From Octopus sinensis (Eukaryota), in the NCBI RefSeq assembly GCF_006345805.1, contig NC_043000.1:128030001-128094000 (forward strand): DNA of 64,000 bases. The letters are read 5' to 3'. This document shows positions 24,401 through 36,600 of this stretch, one piece after another. The notes beneath the pieces are model-generated. The model saw nothing but the letters and a program-made list of their open reading frames with translations, was not told the origin of the DNA and made no database searches. The translations under genes and the position numbers were made by a program. The stretch's first letter is position 1. Each line of letters opens with the position of its first letter.

Positions 24401-27400
24401 AACGTCTCTCTTGCACACCACAACTGATGCTTCTTAGGTCCAGCTTTTCTCTCAAGGTACTTACACTCTGCCGAGTGTGAGTACCGGCATCACACATCCA
24501 TCGGAGCATACTGGCTTCATTTCTAGCGAGCTTACGCATATCCTCAGCAGTCACGGCCCATGTTTCACTGCCATGTAGCATGGCTGTTCGTACACACGCA
24601 TCATACAGTCTGCCTTTCACTCTGTGCGAGAGGCCTTTTGTCACCAGCAGAGGTAAGAGCTCTCTGAACTTTGCCCAAGCTATTCTTACTCTAGCAGTTA
24701 CACTTTCAGCACACCCGCCCCCGCTGCTGACTTGGTCACCTAGGTAACGGAAACTATCAACTATTTCTAGTTTTTCTCCCTGGAAAGTGACGGAAGTTGG
24801 TCTCAGAGCATTTTCAGTGTTTATTGTTCCTGAGCATCTGCCACATACAAAAACCATCTTCCTCTAGCAAAAAGGATGACCAGTATTAATGGCTCATCCC
24901 TGTTATATAAATACTTTCACTTTAATAGTTTCACACTTGCAAAGAGAAAGTAAGAGAAATTGTGGTGGTAATAGCAGGAGTAAACCACTTGAAATCAGAG
25001 AGGTAAATCGTAAAATATTGAGTTTTCTCGAATTTTTGCTTAATTGGGAGTCAAATTGAAAAAACTTTACATGCCATGACCCAATCGAATCTACTTGGAA
25101 AAATCATAGGTAAATTCCAATTGAAGAAATTCTATATTGTAGAATTGTATTAAAAAGAAACATGGGAACAGGCAGAGAAAATCTGCCTTTTATCATAAGA
25201 GGGCACTGGCAAGGACCTCGCTCGAATGTTTTTTCACGTGCCACCAGCACAAGTGCCAGTAAGGCAACACAGGTAACGATCACGTTTGAATGGTGCTTTT
25301 TATGTGCCACTGGCACGGAGGCCAGCTTGTTGCTCTGGCAATGATTACACTCCTATGGTACTCTTAGTGCTCCACTAGCACGGATGCCAGTCATCGAATT
25401 TGATTTCGATTTTGATTTTACTTGCCTCAGTCAGACCCATTCATATTATCAACTTCTATTATTGTGTTAAGCAATTTTGTAAAACATACTGTTTGGCCCC
25501 AGTTTGATGGAGAAAACATCTTCGTTCCATGTTCCAAATAAATTTTGATTTTTCCATTTCTGAATGTTTTCTGTATTCTTTGTTTTCCTTTGATCGAAAG
25601 TCTCCATCTTCATTTTCTTTTGGATCATTGAAGATGAAACTAAAATGAAAAATAATATATTATTAATTAGAAAAATGATATACGTAAAAGCATGCATGTA
25701 TTTTAGATATTTACTGCTTCTAGAATCTATATTTTTTTTATATATTTATAACAGAAAGGGAAATATTTGTAATAATTTGCATATAAAAGAAAAAGTTGAC
25801 AACATTTAGTGATTTACTTTTTACCTTTTTTTTTTACTTGTTTCAGTTATTAGACTGTGGCCATGCTGGGGCACTGCCTTGAAGAATTTTTAGTTGAATG
25901 AATTTACCCCAGTGCTTATTTTTTTGTTAACTTATTTTTTTGTTGAACTACTAAGTTACGGGGATGCAAACACACCGACAGCTGTTGTCAAGTGGTGGAG
26001 GTGGTGGTGGACAAACACAGTCACAAACAGACAGACAGACAGACACACACACACACACACAAACACATGATGGGCTTTTTTCAGCTTCCATCCACCAAAT
26101 CCAGTCACAAGGCCTTGGTCAGCCCAAGGCTAAAGAAGACACTTGCCTAAGGTGTCATGCAGTGGGACTGAACCTGGAACCATGTGGTTAGAAAGCAAAC
26201 TTCTTACCACACAGCCACACCTACACCTATGTTCAGAATGTTGTAGTAATTCTAGATGGTCATTGGGTTGAAATGATTTACCTGTTTGGAATGTACACAG
26301 CATGTCCAGTAGCTGGAAGAGGGTTGACCCATTTCTTCTGTTTACATAATGGGTCTTTATCACCTGGACTTCGGTGCTGGTTTCCAACAAACACAAGAAT
26401 GTTTTCTTTCTGAATGAAATCATGAAAAATTAATTTTGCAACATTGCATTTTTAAAAATTCTATTTCCAAACTTTTATGTAGATTTAACAACTTCTAATT
26501 CTACTATTGGAGAATGTTTTTCAAGTCTCTGTTTATGGAAGCAGTGCAGGTGTAGTATGAGGTATCAAAGTTGCCTGTGAATGATATCTAGATACTAAAA
26601 TCAGGAAGGAATGAAGAGTGTCATCATCTGCATAGAAGTAAAAGTTGTTGGAGATGATGACAAATAAATCATTGGTTTGCAGGAAAAATATTATGGAGAA
26701 CAAAACTAATCTTCAGGGCACATTAGAATTAATATAGTGTGGGTCAGAGAGAACCTTATTAGCACATATTGCAATGGTGAAATTTAACAAGAAAGCTTTA
26801 GTCCAAGAAACAAGAGACAGTTAGTTCCCATAGATAGGCAATTTTTGTTTGAAGATTGACAAACTAGACATGATTGGAAGGGTGAAAGGTTCAAGGTGTT
26901 GAAGAGGTTGATTTTTAGGCTGATATGTCACCTTAAAGCAATGGCCCAGTGGTTAGGGCAGTGAATTCGCAGTTGTAGGATCGCAGTTTTGATCCCCAGA
27001 CCGAGCATTGTGAGTGTTTATTGAGCAAAAACACCTAAAGCTCCAAGAGGCTCTGACAGAGGGTAGTGGTGATCCCTGCTGTACTCTTTCGCCACAACTT
27101 TCTCTCACTCTTAGCCAGTGGGGTGGCGTCATTTGAAGGCTAAAACAATGCAAAGCGCATTGTGACCAGCGATGTGTAGCAACATCTGATAGCCTGATCA
27201 GTCATGGTGATCACAGTGATGGTGATGTCACCTTAAAGATACTGGAAATGAGGTGGGCAGGTCTGCTAGAAGATTTGTAGGCTAATTTTATTATCAACAG
27301 TAGAAGTGCTTTGCTATCAAGATCAGCAATACTTTTTACCAAATTTCTCAAGGGCAAAAGTCCATTAACAAATGATATAGGAGAGTAGCACTCCAGCAGA

Positions 27401-30400
27401 TCTGGCTTTATGGAAGATGCACTGATAGTCACTAAGGAGGAAGTGTGATTAAAGGTGTCAGAAAAAAATTGTTGTTAGTGACTCTCCATCATCTTTGAAA
27501 TATTAAGAGTGGAGTAATAGGTCAGTAGTTGATGGAGTCAGAGAGGTTTCACTTTTGGGGATGTGTGTGTGTGTGTGCGTGCACGTGTGTGTGTATATCA
27601 TGATGTTGACCAGACTATCAGATGTTATGCACCACAGGTCACAATACGCTTTGCATTGATTTAACCTTTGAATGATGCTACCCCACTGGATAAGCAAGCA
27701 TGTCAACATTCCCTCTGATCAGAAGACTATTCTCTCACAGGGTTACTCATTCACAGCTGAGTGGACTGGAGCGATGGGAAATGAAGTGTTTTGCTCAAGA
27801 ACACAACATGCTACACGGTTAGGAAATCAAACCCATGATCTAGCAACTGTGAATGCAATACGCAAACCACTAGGCCAAGTACCTTCACACACACAAACAC
27901 ACACACACACACATACACACACACAGTGTGTACCATAACCATTTAATATCTACTCTCCCTGCTGGCATGGGTTGGATAATTTGACATAATATGGTGAGTT
28001 AGAGGACCATATTATCCACCGATGTCTGTTTTAGAGTGATTTCTATGAGTGGACACTCTTCCTAAGAAGCATGCACAATTTCTATGATGCAATAAAGATT
28101 CTGTATAGCATCAGGAATGTTTTGTAGCATCAGTCAAGCACCAGAAAACATCAATACCAGTAGCAGCTCATAGATAAAATTAGTTGGGTTGCTGCTTTAG
28201 AAAATTTTTAGCCATTGTTTTTATATAGTGTAAAAGGAAACAAACATATAAAAAGAAAATTTATGCATAAATTTGATCAGATCGCATTTTAGCCACTGCC
28301 AGGTAGTGTGTTTAATTTGTTTACTGAACACAGCTGTGAATTCTACCCTGATTTTCAAAAATCCCACCTAAATCACAAAATTGGGGGCGGGGAATGCCCT
28401 ATTTTTCAAACCCTGGCAGCAACATTGAAGTTGGAAGCTGTATAATAATCTAATTCTACACTTTATCATATTCAAGAATATAAACATGTTTTTAAGCACA
28501 ACACACGTGGAGTCAAAGAGAAACACTACCCTTCACCAGAACACTGGGGTCAGCACTGAGTGAACAACAGTGCTCTCTTTCCCTAGTGTGAAGCTTCCTA
28601 TCTCGGACATGTGAGCAAGCACACAACAGCCAAACACCATGTTGCTGGAACTGTGAAACGCACAGTTCTATACAAAGATTTTTGTATTTTCTTCATAAAC
28701 TAGGGGATGGCTACTGACGTTAAGCTTAAGGATAATATAATGTACAAGTATAAAGAAAGAATTAAAGAAAAAAGGACTCATTGTATTGAATGTTATCAAT
28801 AATATCAATTGGAAATAGAGGGTGCTGCAGTTCTACAATGCCTATACACGAGCCACCACTGATCTCTAATGAAAGGCCAATAATGAAAGGCAGTGGAGAA
28901 TGCTTCAACTAGCTCCTAACACAGCATAAACCAATGGATCTAGCAGTCAAGGAGAAATGTTGTGAGATGCCTGCCATTCATCACTTGGACAAAGATGTTT
29001 GCTGAAGTTAGTGCTGGCATTTAAAATGTTAAAATACATGAAATCTCCTGCATGAGGCAATATTCTTGAGGAAACCATGAAGGAGGATAGTTACTTCTGC
29101 AGGAAGAGTTTCATTTCTGCGTCACTCAGGTAAGGAAACAAGAGAATAGAGCTCAGCATAGGAAGTTTACTAACATCGTTGTCATCATCATTACCTAGAG
29201 AGGCAAGGGAGATAAATTGAAGTTTCTAAAGTCAGAGGTAAGTATGCTCCTGTTCATTGCTTGGAAGTTCTGGCCAAGGTCAAGGTCAAAAGATTGGTCT
29301 ACTCAACATGAGAAAATATCAAATCAGAGTCAAAGTGTAGATGCATAATTAATTAGCATTATTACTCTAACTACATGTGTGTGCATGTGTGTGTGTAAAC
29401 ATTTAGACACACACACACAACATTCACCAACTGGTTAATTATATATAATAATATGTATTTCTGTTGACTGATCACGATTATTTCATCTATAGCAACTATA
29501 TTTATTTCACACGTACAAATATCATAGATAAAGAAGTCTTACATGATCGATAATAGGTACTGAAATAGCTGCTGTCAGTACATGATTTTGTAGAACTAAA
29601 GTTTCTGGTGGTGAGTTAAGAGATTCGATTGTTATGGTCATGATATTGTAACCAGATAATTCTTCTCTCTCCAGAAGGGATTTTGATATTGATATACAGA
29701 CATCGATTTCAGGCTGAAAAATGAAGAAAAAATAAATAAAATAATTTAGTCTATTATCTTCTTACAGTGTTTTTAAAAATTTATCTTGTATATTTAAGAA
29801 CTAGACAATTAGATATGAGACTATGGGTGACAAGTCCAAATCTGAAGATGGAGTTTTGCTATATTTCTGTGCAGAACACTTTATATTTATTTTTAAGTTC
29901 ATCTAACTGTTGATAATAGATAATAGGTATCAGTAGTATGGAAATGTTGTCTCTGATACTCAGGTATCCTACCCAGTAGAAGTTTTATCTCACATCATCA
30001 CTCTGCAACTGCAACTAAAGGCTGGCACATAAGCACATAAACTGCTTTTTTTTTTGCTTTTTTTGTGTATAAAAGATTTTATTAGGCCATTGTCAGGTAA
30101 GAGCTCTCTGAACTTTGCCCAGGCTATTCTTATTCTAGCAGCTACACTTTCAGCACACCTTCCCCAGCTACTGACTTGGTCACCTAGGTAAAGGAAGCTA
30201 TCAACTACTTCTAGTTTTTCTCCTTGGAATGTAGCAGAAGTTGTTCTCTGCACATTTTCAGTGTTTATTGTTCCTGAGCATCCGCCACATACAAAAACTA
30301 TCTTCCTAGTTAGCCTTCCTTTGATATTGCTGCACCTCTTATGTGTCCATGGCTTACACTGGGTACATCTTATAGAGTTTCTACCTATACCTTTTCTACA

Positions 30401-32535
30401 GATCAAGCAAGGCCAACTACGTGAAGGGACTTGTGGTATGCCTGCCTTCCTACTTATTAGGACTTTGGTGGAAAAAAAGTAATCTCTTCATGAGAGTTAT
30501 TGTAGTTTAGCTTTAAGCCAATCCTGATTATAGAATCAGGATTATTTTCACTGATGTTGGTAGAGTGTTAATTATCTGCATACCTATGATCCTAGTGGGT
30601 GTCTTTTAACTTTTATGTGTTTCGATCATTAGACTGTGGCCCTGCTGGTCACCACTTTGGAAGGTTTTAATCAAACAAATCTATCTGAGTACTTATTTTT
30701 CTTTTTGAAATCTGGTACTTCTTCTATGCATCTCTTTTGTTGAACTACTAAATTACAGGGACATAAACAGACCAACAATGGTTGGCAAGGGGCAGAGGTA
30801 CAGACACAAACAGAAAGACACACACACATGCACATGTACAAGTATATATCTGTACATATATATACGTATACACAATAGGCTTCTTTCAGTTTCCATGTAC
30901 TAAATCCACTCACAAGGCTTTAGTTGGCCCAGGGCTACGGTAGAAGACATTTTCCCAGGGTGCCATGCAGTGAGACTGAACCTGAATCATGTGGCTTGAA
31001 AGCAAACTTCTTACCACACAGCCACACCTGCCCCTATATGTATTTTCTTTTAACCATATAACTGATAAAAAGGGTCACCATTAAGAGAAACTCATTATTT
31101 CAAAGATGTTTTTTTTTTCTGTACATACCTTTGGAACATCTGGTAAGAAACATTCCAATATTGAACCAGGAATCGATACTAATTCTATAGTTGTTTCATG
31201 GCTTATTTCTCCTGAAAAAAGAAAACTCAGTCAAAAATTGGTCAAGACTACTACTATTGGGTTGTCCAGAATATTCATGCCGATTTTTAAAGGAAAGAAA
31301 AAAGTCAATAAATACTTGCCATTACATTTTTAATCAACCAAATATGAACCATTTTGTTGCACAATGCATCTCCATCTTTCCTTTAACTTGAAAATACCCT
31401 CTTCCCAGAATTGAGGTGGTTTCATAGCAAAGAATTCATCAAGGTATCTTCTTACATCATCCAAGGAATTGAAATTTTTACCATTAAGACTATTCTGCAG
31501 AGACCTGAAAAGTGGAAATCCGAAGGAGCAATATCTGGTGAATATGGAGGGTGGAGTAACACATCCCAGTCGAGCTGCAGCAATTTTTGTCTGGTTGCTA
31601 AAGAAATGTGCAGTCTTGCATTATCATGTTGGAAAACAACACCCTTCCTGTTGGCCAATTCTGGACGTTTCTCTTCAATTGCTGCTTTTAACTTGTCCAG
31701 TTCTGTGCAGTATTTCTCAGAATTAATTGTCTGGTTACTTGGGAGAAGCTCATAGTACAGAATTCCTTTCCAATCCCACCAGACACAAAGCAAGACTTTT
31801 TCAAGGTGAAGATCCACTTTTGGGGTGGCTAAGGGTGGCTCATGTCGCTTACTCCAGGATCGCTTCCTCTGAACATTTCGGTAGATAATCCATTTCTTAT
31901 CACCTGTCACAATTTGCTTTAAAAAAGGTGCGTTTTCATTCCGCTTATAAAGCAAATCACAGATGGAAATGTGATCCAAAAGGTTCTTCTCACTCAACTC
32001 ATGTGGTACCCAAACATCATAGTAATTTGTGTACCCAAGATTTACCAGGTGCTCATGAACGATGGATTTTGATGGGTTGAGGCTTTCTGCCAATTCTGAG
32101 GTTGTGCAATATGGGTTATTCTCAATTAATGACTTGATTTGGTCATCATCTGTAGTGGATGGTCTGCCTGATCACTCTTTATCAATAAGGCTACAATCTC
32201 CAGCTCGGAACCTTGCAAACCACTTCCATACAGTTCTTTTGAATAAAGAAACATCACTGTAAACTGTGCATATTTTTTTGGTTGCTTGTGAGGCATTTTT
32301 CTGTTTATGGAAAAAGAAAAGCATCAAGTGCCGAAAATGAAGTTTCTTATCTTCCATTTTACAGAATTAACACAGGTTATAGGAACATAAACCTTCTTCC
32401 ATGAAAAGATAGCTTAAACTGTGCTCTAAATGGAGGTGTAGTCAAATCCTATTTTATGGACTCAACCATGTTCTAAAATAGGTTGAAAGGTAAGCACGAA
32501 CATTCCAGACAACCCAATACTACTACTACTACTAC

Positions 32536-32590
<55 letters not shown>

Positions 32591-33595
32591 AAGAAGAAGA
32601 AGAAAAAGAAGAAGAAGAAGAGGGAAGGGAGAAGAGGACTTATTGGATGCGAACACAGCATTAGAGCAGAAGAAAACAACATAGCATGGTATGTAAAAAA
32701 ATGCCACAGAACCGCTATTATTACAAGTAAGAAGGTCAGGCTTGTGTAGGATGAAAGATTGCAAAGATAAAGCACTATACAAAAAATTGAAAACGAATGA
32801 AACTGAAAATAGGCAGGTAAAGAAAAGAATGCATGGTCAATTTCATAGGGATGTTGAAGATAAAACAGACAAAGAAAAAAGATGGCTGTGGATGACTAAA
32901 AGTGATTTAAAACCGGAAACAGAGGCTCTAATCTGTGCTGCCCAAGAGCAAGCATTAAAAACAAACTACATAAAATACAGAATAGATAACACAGCAGAAA
33001 GTGATAAGTGCAGAATCTGTGGAGAAAATGGTGAAACTGTATGGCATATTACCAGCCAATGTACGCCACTAGCCCAGAAGGAATATAAGAGATGCCATGA
33101 CAATATAGCCAGGCTTGTCCATTGGACACTTTGCAACAAGTATGGACAGCATCATCGAAAATAGAAATGCAAAGATCCTATGGGATTTTATGATTCAGTG
33201 CAACCATGAGATAGAGAATAGGAAGCCAGATATAATCTTGATTGAGAAAGAAAACAAACTATGCTGGATCATAGATATAGCATGCCCAGCTGACAAGGTA
33301 TGTGATAAAGAAGAAAGAAATGTCAAGAGATATGACAGGTTAGCTTGGGAAGTTAAGCAGTTGTGGTCGATGAAAAAGGTACAGTAGTACCAATAATTGT
33401 CGGAGCCCTGGGAACAATGAGCAAAAATCTCGAGAAGTACATGGAACAAATAGGGGCTGCAATAAGGGTGAAGCACTTGCAGAAAACAGCACTGCTTGGA
33501 ACTGCTCGAATACTCCGGAAGGTGCTACCTTAGTTCACTGGTAGTGAACAGCTGACACCGTAGTACATCTCCAGCATTAGAAGCTGTGCAAAGGC

Positions 33596-33651
<56 letters not shown>

Positions 33652-36600
33652 CAATAATACCAATATATACATATGTCCTGATCATCATCATCACTTAACA
33701 TCTATCTTCCATACTGGCATGGGTTGGACAGTTTAATAGGAGCTGGAAAGTCAGAGAACTGCATCAAACTCCACTGTCAGTTTTGCCATGGTTTTATAGC
33801 TGGATGCCCTTCCTAATGCCAACCACTTTACAGAGTGGGTTAAATGCTTTTTACCCACTGTATATGAGGGGAAACTACTAATACTATCTGGTTAAAGCCA
33901 GCCACACCAACTTACCTTTGACGAGAGGTAAAAGATCAACTGTGCATTGGCCAAGAGTAATTGTTTTCTCCTCGTCTTTTTTCTTTTTGTCCTTGGTGAT
34001 CGTTTTAATAAATGTAACTGAAATTTTAAAAATGAAGTTAGTTTTAGAAATACAGAAAATATCTGAAATATTTTAATAACAGGTTATTATGTAGCAAGGG
34101 AAGAATCATTTGGACATCAGACAGAGTGCTCAAAAAAAAAAATTTTAATTATGTAGTTAGGTTTGAGAGTGGAGCTAAGGTGGAAAGGTAAACCTGTTAA
34201 GACCTGGCAGAGGACTGTGGTGAGGAGGACTTGCAAGATATGGGTTAGGTCTGGGAGCAAGTTTGTGACAGGGCCTCGGGATGTGCTGGATGGTCTCTTG
34301 CCACCCCACAGAAAGTAGGAGGGTTTAAAACTAAGTTGTAGTAAGTTAATAATAAGGTATTTCATAATAATTCTTTCTAATTTTGGCACAAGGCCAGTAA
34401 TTTTGAGGAAAGGTGACAAGTTGATTACACTGGCTCCAGTACTTGACTGCTATATATTTTATTTACCCTGAAAGGATGAACAGTAAAGTTGACCTTGATG
34501 GGATTTGAACTCAGAAAGTAAAAAGTCAGAACAAATGTCACTAAGCATTTTTTTCTTGCATGCTAACAATACTGCCAGCTTATCACCTTAAGTTATTTCA
34601 TAATAATGGTTTCACATTTTGGCGCAAGGTCAGCAATTTTGTGGGAGGTGGGTAAGTTGATTACATTGACCCCAGTGCTCAATTGGTATTTATTTTATCA
34701 ACTCCAAAAGGATGAAGGGCAAAGCTGACCTCAGTAGAATTCAAACTTTTAATATGTAAACCTTCTTTTAAAGGAATGGTTCTATGAATTATTTAACATA
34801 AAAGATATTAAATTCTAATACTCAGTAAGTACAGAGCAACATCATCATTCTCCATGTAAGCATGGGTTGGGCAGTTTACTAGGAGGTGACCGGCTGGAGA
34901 GCTGCCTGGAATCCATTTGTCTATTTTGGCATGGTTTCTATGGCTGGATGCTTTTATATGGAATCAGTATGGGTGCTTTTCCGTAGTGCTGGCACAGGCA
35001 CTTTTACATGGTACCGGCACAGGTGCTTTTTATGTAGCACTGGCACTGTCTTTTTACATGGCACCAGTATGGGCACTTTTGCATGGCATCAGCACAAGTG
35101 CTTTTATGTGGCACCACAAGCCTGCAAAACTAGGATCTCTTGGTTGAGAGTAAGATGTAGAGGACATGCCTGTATGCATGAACAGCCACAATTTACTTAG
35201 CTTGAAATGTCTTCTCAAGTGCATCAAACCACCAGAAGTTTCAGTCTCTTGTCAACTTCTCTGTGTGGCCAATGTCTGAAGACTCTTTCTCACCATTTCA
35301 TCCCACATCTTCCTGGGTGTACTCCTTTCACATATTCCCTTCAGAATTAGAGATCAACACTTCTTGATTCAGTTGTCCCAATCCATTGTCAGTGGTGCTG
35401 GACTGGCTCCTGTGCTGGTGGCACGTAAAAACACCATTTGAGCGTGGTCATTGCCAGTACCGTCAGACTGGCCCTCATGCCGGTGGCACGTAAAAGCACC
35501 CACTACACTCTTGGAATGGTTGGCATTAGGAAGGGCATCCAGCTGTAGAAACTCTGCCAGATCAGATTGAAGCCTGGTGCAACCATCTGGTTCGCCAGTC
35601 CTCAGTCAAATCGTCCAACCCATGCTAGCATGGAAAGAGGACGTTAAATGATGATGATGATGATAATCACATTACCATACCACTGCAGTCATCCTTCTTG
35701 CACACATCTGATGCCTTGTATACCCAGTTTTTTTTTTTTCAAATCACTTACAACCTGTCATATGTGCACACTGGCATAACCCATCCAGCAGAACATACTG
35801 CCTTAATTTCCTTCGAATTTATGCATTCTTCAGCAGTCACAGCCATGTAGCATAGCTGTTTGTATGCAGGCATCATAAAATTGCCTAACCCTAAAATTTG
35901 CCTGAAGGAGAGGCTCTTTGTTAATAACAGAAGTAGTAGTTCTCTGAACTTTATCCAGCTTATTCTTATTCTAGCAGCTATGCTTTCAGAACTACCTTCT
36001 CCACTGATAACTTGGTCGCCTGGTAGCAAAAACTGTCTACTACTTTTAAGGATGCCTCTATACATTTGAAGGAGTCTCTTGTCTGTAAATTCATGGTGTT
36101 TAATGCATTTGAACATCAGCCACATATAACGACTACTTTCTCTTTTAACTTTCCTGTGATACTACTGCATCTCTTATGTGTCCATAGTTTGCACTGGGTA
36201 CACTGTATGGAGTTTCTACCAACACCTATTCTACATACTGAACAGAGCCATTTCCCTGAAGGGATAGGTGATTTGTCTGTTTTCCTACTTACTAGGACTT
36301 TGGTCTTTGTTAAATTAACTCTAAAGCCATTTGATTCCAGACCTTGCTTCCACACCTGCAATTTCTTCTCAAGTTCTGGTAGTGATTCAGCAATAAGAAC
36401 AAAGTCATCAGTGTAGAGTAGCTCCCATGTGCATCTGTCTTAAATTCCTCTGTTATGGCCTGGAGGACTATGAAAATCCTAATTCCATCAAATCAGGAAA
36501 GTAGAATGTTAGTACATCTACTTTTGTTTATCATTGATTTATGATACCACAGTGTGCTCATTGTGAACCAAGTTACACTTATCACAAGTGTAACTTGTGA

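Larger units (their letters stand above)
26560..29300 (-). mobile_element. Very old CR1/L2-clade LINE relic, interrupted by later insertions
   Basis: Minus-strand [10 protein letters not shown] (about 26625) downstream of a degenerate VP*RLVLFS..TNDL (VPQGSVL..NDL-like); possible endonuclease GDF motif near 29045; heavily decayed, boundaries approximate. Confidence 0.5.
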
